From: Octopus vulgaris
Lineage: Eukaryota
Assembly (NCBI GenBank): GCA_951406725.2
Contig: OX597822.1
Location: 86,862,001-86,926,000 of the forward strand
Direction: 5' to 3'
Length of the DNA: 64,000 bases
Part shown: piece after piece, positions 39,345-51,870 of the stretch
Layout of the letters: each line of letters begins with the position of its first letter
Position numbering within the stretch: the first letter of the stretch is position 1
Program-made: the position numbers and the translations under genes
The notes under the pieces: generated by a model
Told to the model about the DNA's origin: nothing
The model's input: only the letters and a program-made list of their open reading frames with translations
Databases searched by the model: none

Positions 39345-39893
39345 CAGGTCACTTTCGAGAGCTACTGGTAACATGTAACCCAGTACAACATGTTGCATGG
39401 TCGGGTCGTCGGCGACTAAACCGGCAACCCCACCAAGCTTGCTTGGTGAGGAGGGTGTTTATTGGACACCCTGCGGGATGAAAAACAAAACCCGTCAAAG
39501 GGCGGAGGAACTCTTGAGAGTCAACGGCCATCCAATAAATGTTTTAAGGGTGTATCATGCGCGGGGACATAGAAATAATCGGACTGAATACCCGATCGCG
39601 CGGTTAAACCATTGGGAGTGAAGGACTCCTAGCCTTTATTAGGGCATCCTTCTAGGAGAAGGTAACTCAAGAAACTGGGATAACTCCGACATAAAACCTG
39701 CGGCTCAGTGGTTACCGATGATGTTGACTTGTTCTTCTTTTCGGATTATGGCTGCTGTTGCTTAGTGAGTGGGATTGACCCGGTGCACAGCCTTTCCTCA
39801 CTTTAAAAAATCTTCTTGCACGGGCATTGCACGATAACAACATTGATTAAGCTTCGTGCAATGGCCATACTCGATAACGAGGGGGCAGCCACC
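39345..39893 (+). mobile_element. Non-autonomous RTE-derived bipartite retroelement inside (TATG)n
   Basis: GC-rich, no TE ORF; RTE-like leader CCACCAAGCTTGCTTGGTGAGGAGGG; 3' stem-loop CTCG-ATAA-CGAG then ACC(ATGT)n, as at 52839-52870. Confidence 0.6.
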
Positions 39894-40265
39894 ATGTATG
39901 TATGTACGCACACATGTCTACGCGCATAGGTAGACCATGAGCTATACACATGCAGACGAGGGGCAATTCATATGAAAAAGAAAGCGAACAAAATAATATG
40001 ACCACTTGCACATCGGGAAATTTGTAAGTTCAATTAAAGAAATTAAAAAGAATTTTTTTATAGATAAATCAAGTGTTCCTAATTTCGAGCCACTCACCCA
40101 ATGAGCATTTCTGCCAAATGTGGTGAAAATCCGTAAATTTACAAACACACAGACAAAATAAGACGAGTGATTACAATGCCCTGCTTTCGCTTACGCGCAT
40201 ACGGTAACTGTAGGCGATAAAGTCTTCTATTAATTGCTCGCGGGTGTTGTTATTTTTTCACATAG

Positions 40266-40323
40266 CCCGAGGTAGACTTTTTCATTCAACAACTCAACCA
40301 GTCATCACTTCAGACCAGCCACA

Positions 40324-40354
<31 letters not shown>

Positions 40355-40461
40355 CCACCACCACCACCACCACCACCACCACCACCACCACCACCACCAA
40401 CAACAACAACTGCAACAGCAGCTACGATAACAACAACAATCCACGACAATATCATTGAAAG
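40266..40461 (+). other. Candidate exon containing (CCA)n/(CAA)n
   Basis: Acceptor TTTTTTCACATAG ending 40265; donor AG|GTAAGA at 40462; one frame open (poly-Pro/Thr). Confidence 0.35.
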
Positions 40462-41270
40462 GTAAGATCTGTAAATAAGAAAAATATCAATTGCCTGGGA
40501 ATAATCAATTTAGTCTCTCCCTATCTCCTTCTTGCTATACATATATACATATAGCCATACAAGCATGCATGCATACATACGTACATACATGCATGCATAC
40601 ATGCAAGCATACATACATACATACATACATACATACATACATACATACATACATACATACATACATACATACATACATACATACATACATACGGTTGTTT
40701 GGGACTGAGGGGCAAAGGTATGTACCATCATAGAGGTCAGCTGTCCTGCAGATATAAATATCTCTTTGAAAGTACAAGAAGAAGAGGATAGTTATGGACA
40801 GTTGCTTCGAAACCACCAGCTTTTATATCCAAACAATGATTTCATATTCGTACCAATAATAATTGGAGTCCTAGGTTTTGTTAGAAAATGTTTGAAGGAG
40901 AATCTGAATAAACTGTGAGTGGAACAGTAAAAATATGCAAGACTTTTCTCAAGTTGCAAAAGTGAATTTCTCCGTGTAAACTCCATCATAAAGATGGAAC
41001 CTTGTATCTTTGTTGGAAACCGTTTCCCTTCTCAGTGGAAGATTTATAATAATTAAAAAAATTGAAGAGACATACATACATACAAACTGACAAACAGACA
41101 CACACATGCACGTACATACATACATACATACGTACATACATACATACATACATACATACATACATACATACATACATACATACATACATACATACATACA
41201 TACATGCGTATATGCATTGACCGATAGAATAAGTACTAGGCTTCCAAAGAATAATTCCTGGGTCGATTTG

Positions 41271-41671
41271 GGTATCTTTTCGGTTTGAACGGCAGATTTT
41301 TCTAGCGCTGTCATATGAAATTGTCACCCATAATTATGACCCTAGTATCGATCTATTGCATTTCAATCTGTTTTAGGGTTAGGGTATCTTTTTTTCTTCA
41401 CAAATGTATATAAACCCAATCTGTTTCTTAAACGAGGGACATATTCATACGGCACAGAATGTTTTTTTACCTCAGTAGACGTAATTGATTGGTTGAAATT
41501 AAAGAAATTGAAGAAAAATACAACAAATATCTTACAAACTATAGAATTTTCTCAATAAAGCCAAGAGAAGAAGATGTTTTATAAACACATTCTACCAGTA
41601 TACGAAGTTTAAAAGTGTTTAGTTACATGGAAATTATTTTAAAAAACTGCCGGTCAAACCGAAAAGATCCC
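41271..41671. mobile_element. MITE related to 26096-26729, nested in a SINE B tail
   Basis: GGTATCTTTTCGGTTTGAACGGCAG..CTGCCGGTCAAACCGAAAAGATCCC; GATTTG duplicated at 41265-41270 and 41672-41677; TTAGGGTTAGGG core; SINE sequence resumes on both sides. Confidence 0.9.
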
Positions 41672-41759
41672 GATTTGCTCGACTAAAGGCGGTGCTCCAG
41701 CATGGCCGCTGTCAAATGACTGAAACAAGTAAAAGAGAAATAAAAGAGATACAAATAAA

Positions 41760-41995
41760 AGAGATGCTCCATCCTCACAGATGGCTGCCGTGTCTGAGCT
41801 TCCCCGTTGACAATGGCATTTCTGACATTCCATCTATGAATTCTCAGTACCGAAGTCCTTTCACACACGACAACGTCGAATCACACGGCTGAGGAGGAAG
41901 GCTGTGCACGCCATTGATCTTTTACGGAACTTCAGATGGTTGACATACGCAGCATTGGAAAGGATAACACAACCACACATTTTACACCTCCAGCA
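41760..41995 (-). mobile_element. RTE LINE 3' end fragment
   Basis: Reverse GCCATCTGTGAGGATGGAGCA matches the 3' stem-loop of 52600-52863. Confidence 0.6.
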
Positions 41996-42040
41996 TGCAT
42001 ACATACATACATACATACAAACATACATACATACATACAT

Positions 42041-42075
<35 letters not shown>

Positions 42076-42111
42076 TACATACATACATACATACATACAT
42101 ACATACATACA

Positions 42112-42143
<32 letters not shown>

Positions 42144-43059
42144 ACTAATGTAGGATAAAATCTTTTTCGGAAAAAAAATTTTATCAATGGCCAGCATATC
42201 AAAAAATACCTTTAAAGGTTAAATTTATAAATAATTTACAAGATAAGGGCAAAAGAAAAATTCTAATGCCAAATATGCCGAAAAAAAGACAAAACTTTTC
42301 AATAACCATTATAATTTATGCGTCTCGAAACAAACCGATAGAAATCTCTAAAAAATTCATTATTACCGTATTGGTCCAATTTTGGGGTTAATTAATAAGA
42401 AATTTTCCCCTCTTCAGCGGCAAATACGCGAGATATAAGTAAAATACTTACTCATACCCTTATCTTGTAAATTACACACATACATACATACATGTATATA
42501 AATGTGTGTATGTGTGTGTGTATATGTGTGTGTGTATGTGTGTGTGTGTGTGTACATACATACAAATATATAGGCATGAAAATTAATTGGTCTATCTCTC
42601 TCCCTCTCTATATATATTTATAGTTCTTTGTTTTCAAAGTTATATATAAATGTAAAGTTATAAATAAAAACAGTTGCACATGAAACTGAAAGACCACGCA
42701 ATACTTTTCAGTGAAGTACCGTATTTACATATTTTTATAAAGAAAAGGTTGACAGTACTTCGAAGTTTCGGTTTATTTTGGTTTTTTCACAATTTATATC
42801 TTGTGTTTATGGTGGAGCGTTTATTGGGCGAGTGGAGTGGTGTCGGTTAGGTGTGGTGTGAGCTTGTAGGGAGAAAAGAGAAGTGGTTGTTTTGGAATAG
42901 AAAAGGACGGCAAGAAATCAAATGAATATTGGGTGTGAGTGGAGAGAAGGATGAAAGAGAGAGAGAGAGTGAGAGAGAGAGAGGGAGAGAGACAATTTTT
43001 CTGGTTTGACAAAAGAAGTTTGTGTTCTTTGGTAATAACTGCTGTTTGGGACGCCTAAC

Positions 43060-43429
<370 letters not shown>

Positions 43430-44059
43430 TTTAAGTTCGTTTACGGGAAGCGTTTTGAATATGCATATAAAAGCTCCTATTTTATTATGTCGGCTACAGC
43501 CTAATGATGTCAACTGACTACATATGTATGTGTGTATGTATGTATGTGTGTATGTATGTATGTTTGTTTGTTTGTATTTATGTATGTAGTTGGCATAACA
43601 TAATATTGGAGAATGGTTAAGAAGTTCTTCTCGAAACCGTGATATCACGAATTCAGTTCCACCCTGTGACAACTTAGGTAAGTATAATTTTCTGTAGTAA
43701 TGAGTAAACTGTCAATGAAATTGGTTTGGCGGAAACTTTGTGGAAGCCCTCAGGTGGATTGTGCATCGAATTGAAAAAGAGGTATTGTCATGTGACTTGT
43801 TGCGCATTGTGTTACGTTGATTCTGCTCGAGAGTTACGTTAAGTTTACTCGCATCTGTCGAATACTCAACAGCTTTTACGTTAATTCAGGAGCAAGTAAT
43901 TCAGTTGATCAAACAATTGAATCTTCATCGTTCAACGACCATCCGTCCGTCCGTCCGTCCATTCATACGCACGCACACATGCGAACACAGAGAGCACATA
44001 CATAGCACACACAGAACGCATACACGTGTGTGTATTTATGTGTGTATATATATATATAT

Positions 44060-44269
44060 AATATTATTATTAAGTTTCAAAACGGAGAGATCTAATGGAT
44101 ACAAATTAATTTATTAATTAATTAACATATTCACCTACAATTGTTTCATTTCTCAACCAAGATTAAAACTTAATTTTGGTTGAGAAATGAAACAATTATA
44201 GAAGATATTAATTGATAAATTAATTTGTATCCATTAGATCTCTCCGTTTTCAAACTTTATAATAATATT
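44060..44269. repeat. Imperfect palindrome, ~100-bp arms, ~3-nt loop
   Basis: AAAACGGAGAGATCTAATGGATACAAATTAATTTAT..TTTCTCAACCAA mirrored about 44168. Confidence 0.92.
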
Positions 44270-44400
44270 TGATATTTGATATTTTATATAATATATTCAT
44301 TGAAGAAATACCTCTTCAAAATGCAATATATTAAACCAGTGTATCTTGAATAAAAATATCCCTATAAGAGGTCTAAATATCCTCATAGCGACTATGTATG

Positions 44401-44444
<44 letters not shown>

Positions 44445-44445
<1 letters not shown>

Positions 44446-46030
44446 TAGCATTATGACCCGTCGTTGCCGGGTCATAGTGCTAGTGCATGTATATATGTGT
44501 ATATATATGTGTACATATTACATGTACATCTATATATATATATACATCTACACATAAAATACAAAATACAAAATTATATCTTGATATCGCTAGTGATAAC
44601 AATACTCAAAATATATAACAGACTGGAATTGTAGGCCCGTCTCTTACAATTTCGATCAATTGTATCTTGTCCTCCCTCTTGTATAGAAGTGTGACTACAA
44701 TCCAGCCTACCTCTACTTCTGGGGGGACATTTTAAATTTTTATCCGGGACGTCTTACGCCCCAGGTAAAAATAAAATATTTCCACTTTGCAAGGTTCGAG
44801 TCGTGTACTCCCTTGCACGCTCCGTTGACTCGAACCTTGCTTCTATTGTGGCAAATTTACCGCCTCTGGATAGATATCTTTCATAGTCGCACCAAGACAC
44901 TTTTCAATGGTGCTTTCCTCCAGGTGTTCAAATCTTTTTTTTCTCTACATTGTATACTTTATAGACAATAGTCTTTTCTTTAATTTAATTTTTTTATTTC
45001 GTTTGGTGGTGTTATCCTAGATTCACCGTCTTTGTCGGTGATCAATCCGAAATAGGTTTGTATTTCTTCCATTTTAATTTTAATGAGTTCGCGCCCGCCG
45101 ACGGCTGCAGCGAAGTTCATTTTTTGACTTTCTTCTATCGAAGGCATTCTAACGAAAATGCTTCCGTGTAAACGGTGAAAATATTGTCAATTTCCCCAAA
45201 CAGGGACATAATTCAATTTTTAAACAATAACCAAAGCTCCTTCTCCCAAAGGGGGAGCGTTACAGTTTACAATTATTTAACAAATGCAACACAACAACGT
45301 TTCCCTTACGAGGAACCAACAAACGTGATAACAATAGTTAAACAGTAATAATAATAACAACAAACCTTACGGTGAATCAAAAAGCAGTACGCAGTTGAAG
45401 CTATAGTCCTTTATGTATAAGAAATAAACCAACAGCAGTACTCAGTAGAAGCGGCTGCTCGAGAAAACAGACATTACATACAGCCAAACTTCATAGAGAT
45501 ACTTAATGCTAGCTAATTAGCAGATGATCTAATGTAAAAGCCGTGGTAAACGGTATGTGCACAGCTCCATCTGGACTATTCCATTTCTGCACGTTAATTT
45601 TATTTTTAGTTTATTCCCATTTATGTGAAACCACTTATTCAAGTTCAAGTCATTGATGCAATTTTATACTAATTGCTATTTTTACTTTTGTTATGTTACG
45701 ATTATATTATACTTTAGTTTGATTTTAATTATTACTTACTACATATAATTCAATTGTTATTATTATTTTTATTGTTAAAGTGAAAGTATCTGACATAAAA
45801 TAGAGAAATGTTTTTGTTTCACTTTTAACACGTAATACTGAAATAGTGGAGAAGATATGATATTGCTCTGGGCTCGCCCTAGGCAAGAAGTTGAACATTT
45901 TTTTGCCCATGAAACTACATGGACCCTAAGTAAGGCATGTGTAAAATTTGAATGAAATTGGTTGTGTAGTTCTCAAGTTTTAGGGAAACACACAGACAGA
46001 CAGACACATTCTCAGTTTTATATATATTGA
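44445..46030 (-). mobile_element. Non-autonomous Helitron (~1.6 kb)
   Basis: Minus 5' end TCAATATATATAAAACTG..(GTCT)n; 3' end GC hairpin followed by CTAG|T at 44445. Confidence 0.75.
44620..45150 (-). pseudogene. Decayed L1/Tx1-like ORF1 N-terminal fragment inside the Helitron
   Basis: MPSIEESQKMNFAAAVGG..KEKTIVYKVY..YLSRGGKFATIEARFESTERAREYTTRTLQSG..YLGRKTSRIKI*NVPPEVEVGWIV with frameshifts. Confidence 0.55.
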
Positions 46031-46049
46031 AAATTGGTCTTGTCGAACC

Positions 46050-47190
46050 AATTAAGGTGCTTGCGTTTCACGAATCCAAGAAGTACTTCTGCAGATGATT
46101 TGACGCTGTCATGAATATTTTTGTCGTTTCTGGATTTTTTTAAGAACCGATGTTTATTCTCGGATGTATACTGGATCTCAGTGGCTTCTTTGCATATCGT
46201 TTAAATACTTTGCTGCGAACCATTCTGAGATCTGAGTAGCACTCGGGAGTTTTGTGTGTTCTGGTTACTCTGAAATCGCTACAATCCTTGTTCTTAGTTA
46301 TAACATAGTCGAACATGTGCCAGTGGCCAGATCGGAGATGCCACCAGCTGTTTTTGTATTTGTCTGCTTGCTGAAACACTGTATTTGTGATTGTTAGACT
46401 AAACTGTTGATAAAAAAAAAAAAAACAGCAGTCGCAATCTGCTTTCGTTGACTGTTCCTGTCCCATGTTTTCCCCATTACTCCTGACCTCACTGTATGTT
46501 TGTTGTCTATTCTGGCATTAAATTCGCCCATCAATATGATTTTGTCATGGTATACCTATTTCTTTACTACCCACAAGGGGCTAAACACAGAGAGGACAGA
46601 CAACGGATTAAGTCGATTATATCGACCCCAGTGCGTAACTGGTACTTAATTTATCGACCCCGAAAGGATGAAAGGCAAAGTCGGCCTCGGCGGAATTTGA
46701 ACTCTGAACGTTACGGCAGACGAAATACGGCTACGCATTTCGCCCGGCGTGCTAGCAGTTCTGCCAGCTTGCCGCCTTATGTCATGGTATACCGTCTGCA
46801 GTTTGGAGTAGATGGTGTATTCCTGTTCGCACGCTGATAAGGTAGGCGCATATGCAATGATAATGTGCATAGATGAGGATTTACCTATCGTGATACGAAA
46901 TGTCATGAGAGGCTCATCAGCAGCTTGAGGGACGGATGGCAATTTGCCAAGTAGTGTCGTTTTAATGACAGTACCAGAAATTCTTGGTTCATCTGCAGGC
47001 TCTCCGCTCCAAAAGAAAAACAAAAGAAAAAAGAAAGGTATAACTACTTCCAACTTCCCGTAATCCGCCAGTGTCTGCAAGCCTGCTTTCACTTAGGGCA
47101 GCAACATCCTTTGGTTGCTTTTTGCAGGGTCCACTCTATTGGAAATATTGGGGCCAGTCTTCTGTTTTAAAGGTAGCATCTTGCTGCAAA
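46050..47190 (-). mobile_element. RTE LINE endonuclease (APE) fragment
   Basis: HIIIAYAPTL..YSKLQ; LTITNTVFQQADKYKNSWWHLRSGHWHMFDYVI..VTR..CYSDLRMVRS. Confidence 0.9.
46557..46779 (-). mobile_element. SINE family A with 14-bp target-site duplication
   Basis: TGTCATGGTATACC at 46543-46556 and 46780-46793. Confidence 0.95.
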
Positions 47191-48377
47191 CTATGTACGT
47201 CTTAAAAAGGGGTTTAGGTACAATATCCTTCCTCTTCTAAGCCATTAAAAAACGCACCATTTGTTATCTTATTTTTAGTTCCCAACCAAAATTAAAATTC
47301 CTTTAGAGAAATCCTCTTACCGAATACAAAAACCTAACTCATTTGACCATTCTATGTACAAAATGGAATTTTCACATAGAAACCTGCGGCGAGTTTAATT
47401 TCGTATTTCAAGTTCTGCAACTGTAAATTGCGAAATGTTATCCGGCTTTTTCTCGATTTTGTAATTCATTTGTTCCATCGTTTTTCCACGCGCACACACA
47501 CGCACACGCTCATGCACACATACACATACAGGCACAAAAACACATGATATACACACTCACACACATACGCACGCGTGCACACATACACACACAGACATAC
47601 ACAAACATATAGGCTCACACATACAGGCATACATAGACACACACACACTTATAGACGCACGCATGCACGTAAGCTCGCACGCAGTCGCGCACGCACGTAC
47701 GCACGCACGCAATTTGATCTGTTGGGAGAATCGTTCATAGAGAACTTCACATGGTGTAGATAATATTCCAACACATTAAACTGTGTAGTTAAAACAAAAA
47801 GCGACAACTTCGTTAGACGTTCTCTCTTTTACCGTTCCTCTATCACCGATGAATCTATAAAATAGATGCCAGGAGTGAAACGTAAATCCCTTACCATAAA
47901 ACTTTTGATTTACGCATTGTGACACTACTCACGTGTATGGTTCTTATGTTCTGCCGCAGAGATTTCATTCACTAAAATTGCGATAAAACATTTGATGCAC
48001 GTCAAATATAAAATTACGTCTTTTATATCAGAGCACGACAGGAACAGAATATTTCTGCATTCTACACGTTTTAATCCCTTTCTTACAGTTGTTGTTGTTA
48101 GTATTTTAACCCCATGTCAGAGTTAAAGGAACAAACTTTTGATCAAAGGCTCACCAATTGGTGCCATCGCGTCTTTTTTGATAATCTAGAACTTCCTTCT
48201 CTTTTTGTAGATAGTAGGATGTAATTTGAAGAAATTTAGATGCTATTTCTATTGAGTTGAGAAGAAGCTGTGTTACTGAATGAGAATATTCAAAACGTGC
48301 AGAATCTGCCAAAAACAAGATGTACAAAAATGCGAGAAACGGAAAGTTGTAACTCAAACAATTTATATTTTAGCATC

Positions 48378-48805
48378 AAGGTAGCAAGTGTCGGAATCGC
48401 TAAAATGCCGGACAAAACGCTTTGCAGCATTTCTTTCCGGCTTTACGTTGTTCTGATTTCAAATTCCGCTGTGATCGACTTTGCCTTATATAATTCCGTA
48501 GTCATCGATGTCCATGTTATCAATTAGCCACCGACTCCAAAACTTTAGGCTTTGGGCTTATAAGTGAAACAATTAACTTAGCAAATATATATTGGTTTCA
48601 AATTTTGGCATGAGGCCAGCAATTTCGAGATAGGGACTAAATCGATTAAATCGACCTCAGTGCTTAACTGGTACTTATTTTATCAACACCGAAAGGATGA
48701 AAGGCAAAGTCGAGCCCGGTGGTAGTTGAACCCAGATCGTAAAGACGGACAAAATGCTTAGTGGCATTTTGTCCAGCGATCTAACCATTCTGCCAGCTCG
48801 CCAAC
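48378..48805. mobile_element. Two old SINE A copies in opposite orientation (~48378-48560 +, ~48592-48805 -)
   Basis: Both carry the TTCAAATTCCGC..GACTTTGCCTT motif or its reverse complement. Confidence 0.7.
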
Positions 48806-49207
48806 TTTAGCAAAAATGCATTATTACAAATCGATATGTTTTTGTAAATATGTGTACTTGCTTTTTAAATTTGCGATATTATTTTGTTGGTACATGTAAT
48901 TCAAACAAAACGAAATAGAATCCCATTTACATTTATAGGTTCGGCTTTTATAGTTTTCATTTGAAAAACACAATATAAATATTGTAGATAATTGTTATAT
49001 ATATTAAATCTTTAAATGATTTATAAACTTTAACAATATAAATTACAACAAGCATAACTTTATAGAATAATGTTTGATGTAGGAAATAGAATTTTGGTAG
49101 TTTTTGAATCAGTAAAAAGTACACTGAACTCATTACAAAACAATTAGAATTTTTATATAATTTAGAGGTTACAATAATGTCTTGTCTCGAAAATTGTATT
49201 AAAGAAA

Positions 49208-49279
49208 ATGTAACGAATATGTAACGAATATGTAACGAATATGTAACGAACATATGACGAATATGTAACGAACATATGA
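49208..49279. repeat. 11-bp minisatellite (ATGTAACGAAT), about 6 copies
   Basis: Direct reading. Confidence 0.92.
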
Positions 49280-49432
49280 TTCGAAGTGTGTCCCATTGCT
49301 CTGTATTTTTGGTCTGGAAACTGATCGTCCCCTCATTTAAAAAGAAAAAAATCTTAGTTAGCAGACTGGAGGATTGCTCCTGTTATGTAATTGGTTTATT
49401 TTCTCGCTAATAGGTTACTATTATAGTTCTTA

Positions 49433-49832
49433 CTAGCAGTATCGCCCGGCGTTGCTCGGGTTTGTAAGGGAAATAACTATATAAGCATTTTTAGAGAGTT
49501 ATAGCCAAAAAATAGCAAAAATGCATTAAAAATGGAAAAAAAATGATGGTAAATTTTTTTTTAAATCGTTTACTCATCAAAGACATTTTTAGAGAGTTAC
49601 TTCCCTTATATAATAGCGAAAAAATGCATTAAAATGGAAAAAAATGATGGTAATTTTTTTTTTTAAATCGTAGACTCATCGTAGACGCGCGCTAATACCC
49701 AGAAGGGCTCGATATGAATCATGACTATAAGATACCCTGTTTTGGTTAAACTGCACCGCAAAATGTGGGAGTAGTTAGGAATCTAAATCGTAGGAGACAG
49801 ACACACAACTTGACTTTTATATATAAAGAAGA
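49433..49832 (-). mobile_element. Non-autonomous Helitron (~400 bp)
   Basis: Minus A|TCTTCTTTATATATAAAAGTC.. to CCCGAGCAACGCCGGG-CGATACTG-CTAG|T; internal ~98-bp tandem duplication; no TSD. Confidence 0.8.
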
Positions 49833-50119
49833 TTTCCAGAACTTGGAAGCAATAATAGTAATTTAGAATATAGGTTGTCGTCGGTCCAAGACCGCTCAAG
49901 AGGAATTTGAAAATATTGCTTCATTGGTCCAAAATATTCTGTTTACCAACTGAAGACACGAATTTTCATATTCAATTTATTGCTGATGTTGGCAATGGAT
50001 ACTCGTTGCGATTGAAATTATTCTTTACGGAGTGAATAGCTTTCAGCTAAGGCAGTTCCATCTTATTTCTTGATTCCATATTCATAGAATTAAACACTCA
50101 ATTTCAGTATTTGAGTTAG

Positions 50120-50165
<46 letters not shown>

Positions 50166-50699
50166 TAAATTTATGCCACAACCAGATAACTCTTTGAAGG
50201 AATTGATCTCTTAGGTATCTTAATCTTCACTTACTCTTATCTAGAACTGTTCAGCATTTTTTTTACATTTGTCCGTTTATTGAAATGGCTGCTGTTATAT
50301 TGCAGCGGTGGCATCATTTCCTCCTCTATTAAATAACATTTCTAAGATATGATTAATAAACTTTTTTACTTGCTTTAATTTGCCTTCAACAGAAATACAA
50401 GACATGTTTTAAAATATTTATGTTCTCCAGTTTTCTCTTCTTAAACTGTCGGAAAAAGACCAACAAAATCTTGTTTCAACCAATTTGTAGGCGCAGTTAC
50501 CTCTCCTGACGGTAGCTGTCTAAATAGCTGGCCACTAGGTGGCAAAGCATGTAACTCTGAGGTTCCGGGACTTAGTGCTTCCTCTTTGTCATCGCGACAG
50601 CAGCGTGCGAGGATGTGACCATAACTCTTGCATAAGGCATGTAACACCTAATAGACATTGAGCAGCTCTGTCGTAGGATACACAGAAGCTGAACATAGC

Positions 50700-51870
50700 C
50701 TTTCACTTGTAAATAACTTTCGTGATTTATTCAACTTGTATATATTTGTGACCTGGAGTAAAAGGCATTTAAAAGCTACTGCTTGGTTCTGTGGATATTC
50801 ATTGTATACTGTTCTTTCTTCGAATGGCATCTCCTATTCCAGCTTTCTGAGTCGTTATTAGATGGTTTCACCACGTGAGACCACGACCATCTAAAAATTC
50901 CTTAAATTCTGCAAAGGGTTCTCGAGTATTAAGTTCTGCAATTTTTCAAACCCGTGACCAAGATTTAGTTTCGGATTTCTATATCTTTCTGTATCAGATG
51001 GTAGAAGGTCTACTCAGAAGGCTCACAGTATTAATATTTGGCCTATTGAAGCTAGAACATTCTATAAACAGTCAGGTATTGTCAACATTGTTGATCAAAG
51101 AGATTATTCGCTTGTACAGGATGCAAAAACCAAATAAACAACAAATTTTTATAATCTTTCTTAGCTGCAGTTGTAGAACATTTTTCAGTTCAATTCACAA
51201 TCCCAAAATGAGTATTTAGCTCCAACCTCTGTATTTACGATTTTACCATTATCATTGAAAAACTTTTCAAAATGTTTGAGCAGAGCTTTATGTTCATAGA
51301 TAGTTTCACACAACTGTTTGCTATAATGACCAATGTGAAAACCATTTATATTTTAGCAACCAAAATTTCTTAGGTTCTTGGAAGGGATCCTGTTGAAGCA
51401 TGAAACTTTGCCAATTGCAACGGATGGTGAGCACACCTACTTGAAATCAACGATGGTCATTCTGCTTTCAATGTTTCAGATCAACATTGCATTGTCCGTA
51501 CTAAATGGCAATCTCTGAATTTAATATTTAATTTCAAGTTCACAAAGTTCTTTTCTCAAAGCATTTACGATATCATTTGCATCATAAGCTTCTAAAATAA
51601 CTAAGCAAAGAAATCTGTCTATAACTTCTTTGTATTTCTTGCTCTAACAGCAATTCCTAAAAAATTTAAGCTGAAATACTAGATGATTTATCTTCTAACA
51701 ATTCGAATCTGCCATTTTGTAATATTATCAGTGAGATCTTCAAAATGCCGACGAAAGACATTCTTTGTGATTGCAGAGTATTTACTTCGGTGATTATTTT
51801 TTTTTAACTTGTGGCATCATTTGAGTATCTTTAATTACATAAAAACAAAAACCGTCAGTGATCACAATTC
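50700..51870 (-). mobile_element. Decayed hAT-like transposase remnant
   Basis: DANDIVNALRKELCELEI..FSTDNA resembles the hAT TDxAxxM region; many stops and frameshifts. Confidence 0.45.
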
